Virus record (IMG/VR): IMGVR_UViG_646311924_000019
DNA: 47,189 nt
Source of the DNA: a virus
Lineage: Duplodnaviria > Heunggongvirae > Uroviricota > Caudoviricetes
Direction: 5' to 3' (one strand)
In this document: in pieces, positions 38,506-47,189 of the stretch
Layout of the letters: every line of letters begins with the position of its first letter
Position numbering within the stretch: the first letter of the stretch is position 1
The notes under the pieces: model-generated
Databases searched by the model: none
The model's input: only the letters and a program-made list of their open reading frames with translations
What the model was told of the DNA's origin: nothing
Translations under genes and position numbers: made by a program

Positions 38506-38817
38506 TTATGCTTCAGCCTTATTTCGCAACCAGACACAAACCGGGCCATCTTCCGTATCATGAATGGAACCAATAAACCAGCCATCGCCCTCTGGTCGTT
38601 CCGGTTCCCATGCAGAAATATCAGCATCACACGCATCAAGGTCAGCACATCCTTCATCTCTGAAGCAGAGGACGTATTGAAGATTATTTTCCTCCATCCA
38701 GGCGTTAAACTCTTCCGTTGAAATATATTCCCGACCATCACAGAATTTTTCATATTCAGGATGTGTCCAGTAGCCATATCCGTCACGAACTACCGGCATT
38801 TCTTTAATTTTACTCAC
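38506..38817 (-). CDS. Hypothetical protein
   Basis: 103-aa ORF; GTG start with AGGAGG 7 nt upstream. Confidence 0.45.
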   Translation of the reverse strand: MSKIKEMPVVRDGYGYWTHPEYEKFCDGREYISTEEFNAWMEENNLQYVLCFRDEGCADLDACDADISAWEPERPEGDGWFIGSIHDTEDGPVCVWLRNKAEA

Positions 38818-39037
38818 TGTTAACCTCCTGCAACGCTACACGATACGCCTTCTTTATCCACGCCTTACTGCCATATAATTTCGTCTTCATAATAAACACA
38901 CCTGCACGACTCGCCGATATCCCCGGACAGGTTAACAGCACAGCATCCACCACACGGTTATGCTTCCGAAACTCCATTACAGTACTGCTGATAACCACCT
39001 GCCCCACCGGGCCGTAATCCTGATACAGGATTTTCAC
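38810..39037 (-). CDS. Hypothetical protein
   Basis: 75-aa ORF, start uncertain (GTG or internal ATG). Confidence 0.3.
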   Translation of the reverse strand: MKILYQDYGPVGQVVISSTVMEFRKHNRVVDAVLLTCPGISASRAGVFIMKTKLYGSKAWIKKAYRVALQEVNSE

Positions 39038-39315
39038 GCAGACACCCTCCTGTCGAAATAAACGTAGTTATTCACTATGCGCAGCGGCATGCCTAATTTT
39101 CTGGCAATTTCCCTTCTTTGCATGCCTCTCTGATGCAGTTGCCGCGCCAGCTCAATATCACGCTGAGAATATTTTGCCGACGGGTGAAAATCACCACGTA
39201 ACATCATGCTGATGCCCAGCTCCCGTGCCTTCGTTCTCACTGCCGCTTCAGTTCGTCCGATAAGTGCGCCAACGCTTTTTACCTTCATCGTTCCCGCACA
39301 CTGCCGGAGTATCAT
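39034..39315 (-). CDS. Helix-turn-helix protein, NinH-like C-terminus
   Basis: Start placed at the ATG downstream of the preceding gene; segment QRREIARKLGMPLRIVNNYV resembles lambda NinH. Confidence 0.4.
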   Translation of the reverse strand: MILRQCAGTMKVKSVGALIGRTEAAVRTKARELGISMMLRGDFHPSAKYSQRDIELARQLHQRGMQRREIARKLGMPLRIVNNYVYFDRRVSA

Positions 39316-39347
39316 GATTTCCGCCCGGCACCACGTCTTCCACCCAC

Positions 39348-40064
39348 TCACCGCTGCTGTTCTCTGGTGGCGGTAATATCCCGGAGAATATCCCGGCACT
39401 TGTTCAGCTCCCGCAGCGCGGCGCAGACTCGCTCCCACTTCTGAACCTGACCTTTTGCCCGGCGCAGCTCGCGGTTAGCCACATGCAGCGATGGTAAAAT
39501 CAGACCATCCGGATGCTTTCTGGTGAACGACGGCTGTGACTGCACTGTGACCGCCACACTTTCCGTTTTTATTTCTTCCTGTGTTTCCGCTTCCCCGACT
39601 GGTAACGCAACACCTGCTGGCTGAGGAAAGGCTTTACCATCCGTTTCCGCTATGGATGCGGCTTTCGGCTCTGCCGGTAAATCAGCGCCCGGTATGCAGT
39701 ACCGAAATTTACCGCCCTGATTCACGCGAATCAGACGCCCTTTGCTGATTGCCATGGCCAGTGATGAATTCGCCCGGCGGGAGGTAATCCCGAACATCAG
39801 GGCCAGCTCATCCGCCGTTTGTGGGCCATGATGTTCAATCGCCTCAGTCAGCATTTGCGCTGTCACTTTCGGTACCGGTGACACTGGTTCACTTTCACCA
39901 GCCTGAATCAGCCACCACATCGAACCCTTGTTATCCGCTTCACCACGGCGCTTCAGTTTCCACAGTTCGTTGACAGCATCTTCGCGGCTGATTCCAAGGC
40001 GCGATGCCACTACCTGTGAAGAGGCTTTTTTCAGTGCTTTCAGTGCGTCAAATACAGTTTCCAT
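39348..40064 (-). CDS. Hypothetical protein, possibly winged-helix
   Basis: 238 aa from the ATG at 40064 with GGAGGA Shine-Dalgarno; track ORF starts at an upstream TTG. Confidence 0.6.
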   Translation of the reverse strand: METVFDALKALKKASSQVVASRLGISREDAVNELWKLKRRGEADNKGSMWWLIQAGESEPVSPVPKVTAQMLTEAIEHHGPQTADELALMFGITSRRANSSLAMAISKGRLIRVNQGGKFRYCIPGADLPAEPKAASIAETDGKAFPQPAGVALPVGEAETQEEIKTESVAVTVQSQPSFTRKHPDGLILPSLHVANRELRRAKGQVQKWERVCAALRELNKCRDILRDITATREQQR

Positions 40065-40085
40065 TAAAACGTCCTCCAACAAAAA

Positions 40086-40832
40086 TTACTTCACAACCCT
40101 CTGATTGCTGACATTTGGACGCCAGCTATCCCAGTTAAACGTCACCCACCGACCACCGTTCATGGTCATGCGGTCCATAATCCTCTCACCAAGAAGCGTG
40201 CTCATTGCGGCATGATTCAGGTTTGTTAACATCCCGACACTGCACAGTGATGCTGTCCGGCGATCAATTATCTGGTGTAATACCACCTGCTCGTTTTTCG
40301 TCTCCCGCTGAACGCCTATTTCATCCAGGACCAGCAAATCAACACTGCAAAGCTCCTGTAAAAATTTTTCCCCGGATTTGCCGTTGTCGTAGCTGTCATG
40401 CAACACGCTCATGACATCAGACACGGTGACGATAATCACGCTGCGCCCCTTCGCCATCAGCCGGTTACCCATCGCCGCTGCAAGGTGATTTTTCCCGGTG
40501 CCGGTTTTACCGCTGAACACAAAATTCGTGCACCCGGTCATCAGTTCGTCAGCTATGGATTTGGCCTGGCTCAGCGCGTATTTTTGCCCGTCGTTCTGCA
40601 CCTGATAATTCGCAAACGAGCATTTGCTGTGCAGAGGCTGGATGCCCGAACGATTCAGGATTTTTTCCACCCGCAACTGGTGATTCTGGCGGTTAATCTC
40701 CTCGCTGCGTTTTCGTCCTTCAACAAGTTGCCATTCCCGCCACTCCTCCACCGTCCGGTACGGTGGAACCGACGCCTGTGGTGCAAGTCTGCGAATACGT
40801 TCAAGAACCCCGGCTGCCGCAATGTTTTTCAT
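40086..40832 (-). CDS. DnaC-like helicase loader (YdaV-like)
   Basis: 248-aa ORF with Walker A GKTGTGKNHL and Walker B LLVLDEIG. Confidence 0.85.
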   Translation of the reverse strand: MKNIAAAGVLERIRRLAPQASVPPYRTVEEWREWQLVEGRKRSEEINRQNHQLRVEKILNRSGIQPLHSKCSFANYQVQNDGQKYALSQAKSIADELMTGCTNFVFSGKTGTGKNHLAAAMGNRLMAKGRSVIIVTVSDVMSVLHDSYDNGKSGEKFLQELCSVDLLVLDEIGVQRETKNEQVVLHQIIDRRTASLCSVGMLTNLNHAAMSTLLGERIMDRMTMNGGRWVTFNWDSWRPNVSNQRVVK

Positions 40833-40838
40833 GCCACA

Positions 40839-41915
40839 TCACCCCCTGAATCCCGGCGGAATTTCGGTATCCGGTTCAGAAATATGATTCACACAACGCT
40901 GGTTGTTCGTGCCGCTTACCGGGAGCAACCAGGGGTTTTCAAAATTCCGGTCCGGCCCAAAAAACGTCGTCGCTCGCTGAACAAATTCCGTTCCCGTTTT
41001 CCCGGTAGCCGCCAGGTATCTTGCGTAACGCCTCACACCATCCAGTATGGCCTCTGGTGGCACCCCCTCGCGTAATCTGGCCTTCCAGGCACTGAAAGCG
41101 GATTTCTTCGGGTTTGCCCCAGCACGCAACGGGTATTCCCGCCAGACCTGTTCGAACACATCCGGATAATCCACTCGTCCCACAGGCTGCCCGGTGTTTT
41201 CCGGGACTACCCGATCGGCTTCCCGCTGAATGGCGGAATCGGCTTCAGGCTGCTGCAGTTGGTGTGATTGCTCCGGCCTTGCGGTCATCACCTGCTGCAC
41301 AGCGCCCGAATCGGCTTTCAGCGCATACGCTGAATCGGCTTCCGGTGTCGTGCCTGCTGGCTGACCAGGATTGACGGTCTGAACATCCCCTGCCTGGTTC
41401 GTGGCGTTTTTTACGCCATGGACCATAGTGTTTTGATCTTCTTGATCTGTATCTTTATCTGTATCTTTATCTGTCGTGACTCGTCGTGACATGTGCGTGA
41501 CATTTCGTGACGCGCCGTGACAATCGCCATTTTGTTCCCGCTTTCTTTCCCTCTCTCGCTGCGCCCTCTTGCGCTCTGCAGGAGATTTTGCGGTTTGCGA
41601 AATATTGCCGTTGTCCTCTTTAAGCACCTGGCGTTTTTCCCATCCAGTGATTAAATCACCATCAAGTACCCGCCCCTGCATCGTCTGCAAAATTGAATCA
41701 ATTACCTCTTCTGTCACGTCGAGCGCACTTGCCAAATCTTCTGTCGTGACATCAATGTGACCTCGCGTGACATTTCGTGACGCGCTCACCAGGAGGTGGA
41801 TATACACTGCCATCACTGTTGCAATTGGCTGCCCTGACACCCTGGCAATTGTTCGCCACTTAGGGTCATTTGGCATGTCATGCCATAATCTGAGCCAGGC
41901 GTTAGCCATACTCAC
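40839..41915 (-). CDS. Replication initiation protein (O-like, YdaU-type)
   Basis: 358-aa ORF directly upstream of the helicase loader; contains two iteron arrays within its coding sequence; start GTG or the ATG 6 nt downstream. Confidence 0.75.
   Translation of the reverse strand: MSMANAWLRLWHDMPNDPKWRTIARVSGQPIATVMAVYIHLLVSASRNVTRGHIDVTTEDLASALDVTEEVIDSILQTMQGRVLDGDLITGWEKRQVLKEDNGNISQTAKSPAERKRAQRERERKREQNGDCHGASRNVTHMSRRVTTDKDTDKDTDQEDQNTMVHGVKNATNQAGDVQTVNPGQPAGTTPEADSAYALKADSGAVQQVMTARPEQSHQLQQPEADSAIQREADRVVPENTGQPVGRVDYPDVFEQVWREYPLRAGANPKKSAFSAWKARLREGVPPEAILDGVRRYARYLAATGKTGTEFVQRATTFFGPDRNFENPWLLPVSGTNNQRCVNHISEPDTEIPPGFRG
41440..41530. repeat. Iteron array I inside the O-like gene (candidate origin)
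   Basis: Five CGTGAC units at roughly 10-11 bp spacing, preceded by 2.5 copies of atctgtatcttt and GATC sites. Confidence 0.5.
41700..41795. repeat. Iteron array II inside the O-like gene
   Basis: Four to five GTGAC units at about 10-bp spacing; shares an exact 20-bp repeat gcgtgacatttcgtgacgcg with array I. Confidence 0.5.
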
Positions 41916-41980
41916 CTCTTCTGATACCGAATCTTTTTACTCACGAGTTGCCGGAAGCGATTCGATACGGCTATTGTCAG

Positions 41981-42406
41981 TCAATGTACTGCCACAGCAT
42001 TTCCTGCCGGGCCACCACGGTTCATCTGATTGAAACCGGCGATTGCCACTGCGACAAAATCATCAGCGTCTCTCACCAGTCGCTCCCGCGTCTCCACCAG
42101 CTCCCGAAAATAAGCTGAACTGTGGCTGCGCATTCTGGCCACCAGCAAAGGTGGCATTGCCTTTTCGATCGCTGGTAACAACGCCTGAATTTTTTCAACT
42201 GCATCAGGGGTGTCTTTCTCTACCCAGCGGAAAATTTTCTGGGTATTGCGAGCCAGGGCTTCCGGATGGCTGTCGTCATACAGTTCAGGAAACGTCATAC
42301 CCAACTCAAAATAAGCCTGGGTTATTCCAGCTGCTGGAACTTTTTCGCCATCAGGACGCGCCCAGGCATTCATCGCCATGCGGATGTGTTCATGCTTGAT
42401 TTTCAT
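41981..42406 (-). CDS. YdaT-like protein (CII-position regulator/toxin family)
   Basis: 141-aa ORF beginning MKIKHEHI as in Rac YdaT (recalled); follows the Cro-like gene. Confidence 0.65.
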   Translation of the reverse strand: MKIKHEHIRMAMNAWARPDGEKVPAAGITQAYFELGMTFPELYDDSHPEALARNTQKIFRWVEKDTPDAVEKIQALLPAIEKAMPPLLVARMRSHSSAYFRELVETRERLVRDADDFVAVAIAGFNQMNRGGPAGNAVAVH

Positions 42407-42671
42407 GAATCAAGCTCCTAGTAAGTGGTTGTGTTAACGTTTTGGTATCTTCCAGCTCGGGCCAAATATTCATCCAATCAAAAGGCCTTAGTTGCTGACG
42501 TGTAACTTCACCATTACTGGCTCGCTCAATAAGGACACATAACGATGCCCCTAACATTTGACCTTTACTCAATGCCTTTCTTAGATAACCGATGCTAGTA
42601 CCACACTCACATGCAAACATACGCTGTTCATCTGACGAAAGAGAATTGAGAAATATTCTTAATTCTTCCAT
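42390..42671 (-). CDS. Cro-like repressor (YdaS/DicC-like HTH)
   Basis: 93-aa ORF with AAGGAG Shine-Dalgarno, divergent from the repressor gene. Confidence 0.7.
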   Translation of the reverse strand: MEELRIFLNSLSSDEQRMFACECGTSIGYLRKALSKGQMLGASLCVLIERASNGEVTRQQLRPFDWMNIWPELEDTKTLTQPLTRSLIHENQA

Positions 42672-42770
42672 AGCTACTCCTTAGTAAACACAGCAAGAAT
42701 ACCCACAGGTAAACAAAAGTCAATACCCTTGGGTTGTTTACCTTGCGGTAATCGCATCTATTATTTACCT
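42672..42770. promoter_or_regulatory. Divergent promoter/operator region of the immunity switch
   Basis: Four TGTTTAC half-sites including a perfect 10-bp inverted repeat aggtaaacaa/ttgtttacct. Confidence 0.5.
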
Positions 42771-43190
42771 ATGGACAAATATGAATTTAGACGACAACAA
42801 CTCATCAAAATTCGTGATGAGAAATGCGATGGTAAAGCGGTTAACGTGGCCAGAAAGATCGGTCGCGAGCCTTCTTATGTATCAAGAATGTTGTACCCAG
42901 AGGGGAAAAAAGGAAAAAAACGGATCGCTGATGATATGGTGGAGATTATAGAAGAGTCCTTTGGGTTACCCCGGGGATGGATGGATGGTATCGTTTCATC
43001 ATCAACGAACACAGCCTCCAATTATGAAACAAGGGTTCTAACGCCACGACAACGTATTTTTTTAGATCTCTTAGACGAACTGCCAGAAAGTGAAGCGGAT
43101 AACTTATTAAAAACTCTTGAAGAGAAAAAACAGTATTACAATATGATCTACGAAGAAATCCGTAAAAAGAAAGCACAAAACGCATCATAA
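42771..43190 (+). CDS. Prophage repressor (DicA/RacR-like HTH), probably leaderless
   Basis: 139 aa from ATG 42771 (track ORF starts at an upstream TTG); HTH AVNVARKIGREPSYVSRML; no Shine-Dalgarno before the ATG. Confidence 0.7.
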   Translation: MDKYEFRRQQLIKIRDEKCDGKAVNVARKIGREPSYVSRMLYPEGKKGKKRIADDMVEIIEESFGLPRGWMDGIVSSSTNTASNYETRVLTPRQRIFLDLLDELPESEADNLLKTLEEKKQYYNMIYEEIRKKKAQNAS

Positions 43191-43229
43191 CTCACCAAAC
43201 AACCAGTCACCAGTTAAGACACATCAAAA

Positions 43230-43272
43230 AATTACCCATGGGTATTTACTTTTTAAATACCCATGGGTATCC
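43230..43272. promoter_or_regulatory. Two copies of the 12-bp palindrome TACCCATGGGTA (candidate operator of the leftward operon)
   Basis: Perfect palindromes at about 43233-43244 and 43258-43269, upstream of the ydaF-like gene. Confidence 0.4.
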
Positions 43273-43455
43273 TTCCTTTCATACCAACCCACCCCGTCCC
43301 ACAGAACGCAGGGCAATACTTCGAGTTACCAGGCAGTGGTCAGGGGGTAAGTAGCCAGCCCGAGGCGTAAGAACATGACGGCAGGGTTCAACTTTAATAA
43401 CTATGCAGCAGGTTTTTGTTCCGCTACCCCGGCGTTAAGGGGAAATGAGGTCAGC

Positions 43456-43608
43456 ATGGATACTATCGATCTTGGCAACAGCGAATCTCTGGTATGCGGC
43501 GTGTTTCCCAACCAGGACGGTACGTTTACCGCGATGACGTATACCAAAAGTAAAACGTTTAAAACCGAAGCTGGCGCGCATCGCTGGTTAGCAAGAAACT
43601 CCGACTGA
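43456..43608 (+). CDS. YdaF-like small protein
   Basis: 51 aa MDTIDLGNSESLVCGVFPNQDGTFTAMTYTKSKTFKTE... with GAGG Shine-Dalgarno; track ORF is an upstream extension. Confidence 0.7.
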   Translation: MDTIDLGNSESLVCGVFPNQDGTFTAMTYTKSKTFKTEAGAHRWLARNSD

Positions 43609-44258
43609 TGAGGTTGACGATGGAATTTAAAGATTTACCTCCTTCAATCCAGGAGATTGCAGCACACACACTTCGTCATCGTCTGAACGAACTTGAATTG
43701 GAATCGGTAACGAAAAAAGACACTGATAATATGGCTCGTAATGTGCGCGATGCGTTTACCGGATTGTATTTCTGTGCGTCTATAAATAAACACGACTCAG
43801 AGAGTGTGGCAAATAAAATTGCAGAAACGACAGCGCAAAACATCAATACGAAACCAACGGAAGAAGAAATTGATCAGTTTGCTCATGATGCTGGTTTAAA
43901 AAACAAGAAAGAAAAATCGCCATATGCGGGGAACATGTTTGTTTATGACAATCTCATCAGAATTCGTGGCGAAATTCCGGCGGAATACCTGGCAAGAGTC
44001 CATCAGGCATTGCTTAAAAATTTGGAAACAGAATTATTTGATGGCAACACTAACGGTTTCTTCATGGTATCAGGCCTTGATAAAGACTGGGATGCAGAAA
44101 AACGCTGGAATGTTGCTACATGGTTATTCAGTAACAGAGCCGCTGCACTGGAAGCTTCGGCATGTATTTGCGGCCTGTTCTTAACAGACCACAAATATAA
44201 TCTGGATGTGTACAGTTATATTTACGCTGAACACGGTCCACTCTGGATTGACTGGTAA
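43608..44258 (+). CDS. Hypothetical protein (216 aa), no family recognised
   Basis: ATG overlapping the ydaF-like stop (TGATG); alternative start at the fifth codon with GAGG Shine-Dalgarno. Confidence 0.6.
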   Translation: MRLTMEFKDLPPSIQEIAAHTLRHRLNELELESVTKKDTDNMARNVRDAFTGLYFCASINKHDSESVANKIAETTAQNINTKPTEEEIDQFAHDAGLKNKKEKSPYAGNMFVYDNLIRIRGEIPAEYLARVHQALLKNLETELFDGNTNGFFMVSGLDKDWDAEKRWNVATWLFSNRAAALEASACICGLFLTDHKYNLDVYSYIYAEHGPLWIDW

Positions 44259-44468
44259 TTATAAGGAAACACCAGCAGGGCCGCGGCGACCAACAGAACG
44301 ATTAAAATCAATAATGCCATTATAAAGGACATTATTTAATTTATCGTCGAATGCTGATTCTGTGAGCCTCAACTCTGAATGAATTTTTAATAACCCTGAT
44401 TGCCTGAGTTGATTTACCAGGCATTCAATCTGTTTTTCAATAAGCGGATTTCTTTTTTTGTTTGGCAT
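44259..44468 (-). CDS. Hypothetical small protein, convergent with the 216-aa gene
   Basis: 69 aa from the ATG with GGAGGA Shine-Dalgarno (track ORF starts 12 nt upstream). Confidence 0.35.
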   Translation of the reverse strand: MPNKKRNPLIEKQIECLVNQLRQSGLLKIHSELRLTESAFDDKLNNVLYNGIIDFNRSVGRRGPAGVSL

Positions 44469-44805
44469 TTTATCCTCCATTGAGGTTCTGGGTTAAAAAT
44501 GGAGACCAACACGCTGTCACGTGTGGTCGTGCGCCGGACACGGATAAGAATCCGGTACTGACAGTTTACTGAAAGGATATTTCCCTGAAAAGTCAGGGCA
44601 TAACGCGAAAGCGTACGGCGAAGCTCTTTCCCTTAGAAGGCTTGTCGTTAGATTTCTTCGAACGTGCGCTTCCGGTTGTGGCACTCCGCGAAATGGCGCG
44701 GCGGTAAGTATGGCGGGGTTATTCCTTCCCCGTTGAGGACACCGGGTTGTCAGGTTGACCATACGCTTAAGTGACAACCCCGCTGCAACGCCCTCTGTTA
44801 TCAAT

Positions 44806-44863
44806 TTTCTGGTGACGTTTGGCGGTATCAGTTTTACTCCGTGGCTGCTCTGCCGCCCTTTTT
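44806..44863 (+). ncRNA. dicF: DicF small RNA
   Basis: tttctggtgacgtttggcggtatcagttttactccgtggctgctctgccgcccttttt matches the DicF sRNA as recalled (one mismatch), including its terminator. Confidence 0.8.
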
Positions 44864-45038
44864 AAAGTGAATTTTGTGATGCGGTGAATGCGGCTAAGCG
44901 CACGCGGAACAGTTAAAACAAGCGGTCTTTTACGGGCGTAACGGGAATGCTCTGTATCCGGCGTTAATTGTTAACTGGTTAACGTCACCTGGAGGCACCA
45001 GGCACTGCATCACAAAATTCATTGTTGAGGACGCGATA

Positions 45039-45227
45039 ATGGAAACGTTATTACCAAACGTTAATACGTCTGAAGGTTGTTTTGAAATTGGTGTCACTAT
45101 CAGTAACCCTGTATTTACTGAAGATGCCATTAACAAGAGAAAACACGAACGGGAGCTATTAAATAAAATATGCATTCTTTCAATGCTGGCCCGTTTACGT
45201 CCGATACAAAAAGGATGCTGGCAATGA
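45039..45227 (+). CDS. dicB: Cell division inhibitor DicB
   Basis: 62-aa ORF METLLPNVNTSEGCFEIGVTISNPVFTEDAINKRK... matching DicB as recalled; GAGGA Shine-Dalgarno. Confidence 0.85.
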   Translation: METLLPNVNTSEGCFEIGVTISNPVFTEDAINKRKHERELLNKICILSMLARLRPIQKGCWQ

Positions 45228-45415
45228 ATACAGCATTTGCACTTGTTCTGACAGTTTTTCTTGTTTCCGGAGAGCCAGTTGATATTGCAGTCAGTGTTCA
45301 CAGGACAATGCAGGAGTGTGTAACTGCAGCAACCGAACAGAAAATTCCCGGTAACTGTTACCCGGTCGATAAAGTTATTCACCAGGATAATAACGAAATC
45401 CCGGCAGGTCTTTAA
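45224..45415 (+). CDS. ydfD: YdfD lysis protein
   Basis: 63 aa MNTAFALVLTVFLVSGEPVD...; ATG overlaps the dicB stop (ATGA). Confidence 0.8.
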   Translation: MNTAFALVLTVFLVSGEPVDIAVSVHRTMQECVTAATEQKIPGNCYPVDKVIHQDNNEIPAGL

Positions 45416-45507
45416 AACAGTTCCGTAATAAACATCCGATTTCATTCTTATATGCCAGCAATGGCAGGGATTTGTTCACCCTTAAATCTGTAATGAGGTA
45501 AAACAAA

Positions 45508-45936
45508 ATGAGTAAAGTCTTTATTTGCGCCGCCATTCCGGACGAACAGGCAATAAAGGAAGAAGGTGCAGTCGCTGTAGCCACTGCCATTGAAGCCGGT
45601 GATGAATGTCGCGCCCGCGCAAAATTTCACTGGCAATTCCTGGAACATTATCCGGCTGCTCAGGACTGCGCTTATAAATTTATTGTCTGCGAGGATAAAC
45701 CTGGCATACCCCGCCCTGCCCTCGATTCATGGGATGCTGAATATATGCAGGAAAACCGCTGGGATGAGGAGTCTGCTTCTTTTGTCCCGGTTGAGACTGA
45801 ATCCTATCCGATGAACGTCACTTTTGACAAGCTGGCCCCTGAAGTACAGAACGCTGTCATGGTTAAGTTCGACACATGTGAAAACATCACCGTTGATATG
45901 GTTATTAGCGCACAGGAATTGTTGCAGGAAGACTGA
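45508..45936 (+). CDS. YdfE-like protein, probably truncated by the IS insertion
   Basis: 142-aa ORF with GAGG Shine-Dalgarno; its stop codon TGA is the first three bases of the IS terminal repeat. Confidence 0.6.
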   Translation: MSKVFICAAIPDEQAIKEEGAVAVATAIEAGDECRARAKFHWQFLEHYPAAQDCAYKFIVCEDKPGIPRPALDSWDAEYMQENRWDEESASFVPVETESYPMNVTFDKLAPEVQNAVMVKFDTCENITVDMVISAQELLQED

Positions 45937-45975
45937 ACCGCCCCGGGTTTCCTGGAGAGTGTTTTATCTGTGAAC

Positions 45976-46866
45976 TCAGGCTGCCAGATCATCGTTTCCG
46001 ATGGAAGCATAATAAGCTTTTTCTGCTTCTGCCGGAGGAGTATGGCCCAGCCTTCCCAGCAATCGTCGATTGTTATACCAGTCCACCCACGTTAGTGTGG
46101 CCAGTTCCACTTCTGCACGGTTTTTCCAGCTCTTACGGTGTATTACCTCCGCTTTGTAAAGACCATTGATGCTCTCAGCCATCGCGTTGTCATACGAGTC
46201 GCCTGTACTCCCTGTTGATGCCAGTAATCCGGCTTCTTTTAGTCGCTCCGTATAGGCCAGTGACACATACTGAGAGCCTTTATCGCTGTGATGGATGGTG
46301 CCAGACGGACGACGGGCCCACAACGCCTGCTCCAGCGCATCCAGCACGAATGTCGTTTCCATAGACGATGAGACCCGCCACCCCACGATGTATCCGGCAA
46401 ACACATCAATGATAAACGCCACATAGACGAAGCCCTGCCATGTGCTGACGTAAGTAAAATCAGCCACCCACAGCTGGTCAGGTCGTTCTGCCACGAACTG
46501 ACGGTTTACGCGGTCGCCTGCGGCAACGGCTTTCCGGCTGATGGTCGTACGGACCTTTTTACCCCGGAGAACACCGGCAAGTCCCATAACCGCCATGAGA
46601 CGTGCCACTGTACATCTGGCCACCCTGATTCCTTCCCGTAACAACTGACGCCAGACTTTACGCACACCGTACACCTGATGATTTTCATCGTATACGCGCT
46701 GTATCTCTCTCTTCAGCCAGTCGTCGTGCTGCGCACGGGCACTGCGTTTATCCGGATGATGTCGCTGTTGCTGACAATGGTAATACGTTGACGGGGCAAT
46801 ATGCAGTTCGCTGCATACCGGTCCGACCCCGTACTGCTCACGCAGCTTATCCAGCAGTGGCATCAT
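45976..46866 (-). CDS. IS3-family transposase OrfB (DDE catalytic domain)
   Basis: 296-aa ORF in the -1 frame relative to orfA. Confidence 0.85.
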   Translation of the reverse strand: MMPLLDKLREQYGVGPVCSELHIAPSTYYHCQQQRHHPDKRSARAQHDDWLKREIQRVYDENHQVYGVRKVWRQLLREGIRVARCTVARLMAVMGLAGVLRGKKVRTTISRKAVAAGDRVNRQFVAERPDQLWVADFTYVSTWQGFVYVAFIIDVFAGYIVGWRVSSSMETTFVLDALEQALWARRPSGTIHHSDKGSQYVSLAYTERLKEAGLLASTGSTGDSYDNAMAESINGLYKAEVIHRKSWKNRAEVELATLTWVDWYNNRRLLGRLGHTPPAEAEKAYYASIGNDDLAA

Positions 46867-47189
46867 TTTTTCCAGAGGCGGTCGAACTCCGCCTTCGCAA
46901 AATAAGCGGAAGCCTGGCGAAGGATATCGTTACTGCGGCGCAGTTCACGATTTTCACGTTCCAGCTCTTTCAGACGCTGACGTTCAGCGCTGGTGAGCCC
47001 ACCATCACCGCCCCCGGTATCCCGCTCATGCTGGCGAACCCAGACACGCAGAGTCTCCGGCGTACAGCCAATCTTTGGGGCAATGGAACAAATTGCCGCC
47101 CACTGTGAGTCATATTCATCCTGACTTTCCAGAACCATACGAATCGCCCGCTGACGGACTTCGGGGGAAAAACGAGTATTTTTAGTCAT
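46863..47189 (-). CDS. IS3-family transposase OrfA (HTH, leucine zipper)
   Basis: 108-aa [18 protein letters not shown]...; A6 run at the orfA/orfB overlap suggests a -1 frameshift to make OrfAB. Confidence 0.85.
   Translation of the reverse strand: MTKNTRFSPEVRQRAIRMVLESQDEYDSQWAAICSIAPKIGCTPETLRVWVRQHERDTGGGDGGLTSAERQRLKELERENRELRRSNDILRQASAYFAKAEFDRLWKK

Larger units (their letters stand above)
45934..47189 (-). mobile_element. IS3-family insertion sequence (IS629-like), cut by the window edge
   Basis: Terminal repeat begins TGAACCGCCCCGGG at about 45934; orfA/orfB pair with overlap; window ends at the orfA start codon. Confidence 0.8.

Noticed and set aside
38481-38786. 101-aa ORF in an alternative frame
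   Set aside because: Almost fully overlaps the 103-aa ORF 38506-38817, which has the stronger start context.
44517-45445. Minus-strand ORFs 44517-44804 and 44930-45445 (Cys-rich)
   Set aside because: Antisense to the DicF precursor and to dicB/ydfD, which have conserved sequence and proper ribosome-binding sites.

Overview
The window is most of a lambdoid prophage of an Escherichia coli pathovar (EHEC/EPEC-like), lying in reverse orientation so that nearly all phage genes are on the minus strand. All identifications are by reading the translated ORFs and the DNA; no database search was run. ORF-track coordinates are used for CDS ends; elements I located by hand (tRNAs, DicF, terminators, repeats, small ORFs) may be off by 1-2 nt, and several track ORFs begin with GTG/TTG, so starts were re-chosen where an ATG with a Shine-Dalgarno was evident. 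From high to low coordinate the order is: a Qin-like DicA-type repressor with the DicF sRNA-dicB-ydfD-ydfE operon (truncated by a partial IS3-family element at the window edge); a Rac-like replication module (Cro-like, YdaT-like, O-like initiator carrying iteron arrays, DnaC-like loader); a nin region with a hok toxin, YgiW-family protein, DUF968/HNH protein and RusA; a Q-like antiterminator with a tR'-like terminator; then cargo (small HTH protein, AraC-family regulator), three tRNA genes, an IS66-family insertion with 8-bp target duplication, a TerB-like gene where Stx phages carry stx, a NanS-p-type esterase, a pinholin/SAR-endolysin/Rz-Rz1 lysis cassette with extra small genes, a PerC-family regulator, cos, and a complete lambda-like head and tail gene set (Nu1 to J, lom, side tail fibre) ending in the type III effector gene nleC. 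No stx genes and no CRISPR array are present. The best candidates for something undescribed are small uncharacterised genes in accessory slots (the stx slot, between S and R, upstream of S, beside the dicB operon) and two possible antisense sRNAs; none could be assigned a function from sequence alone.
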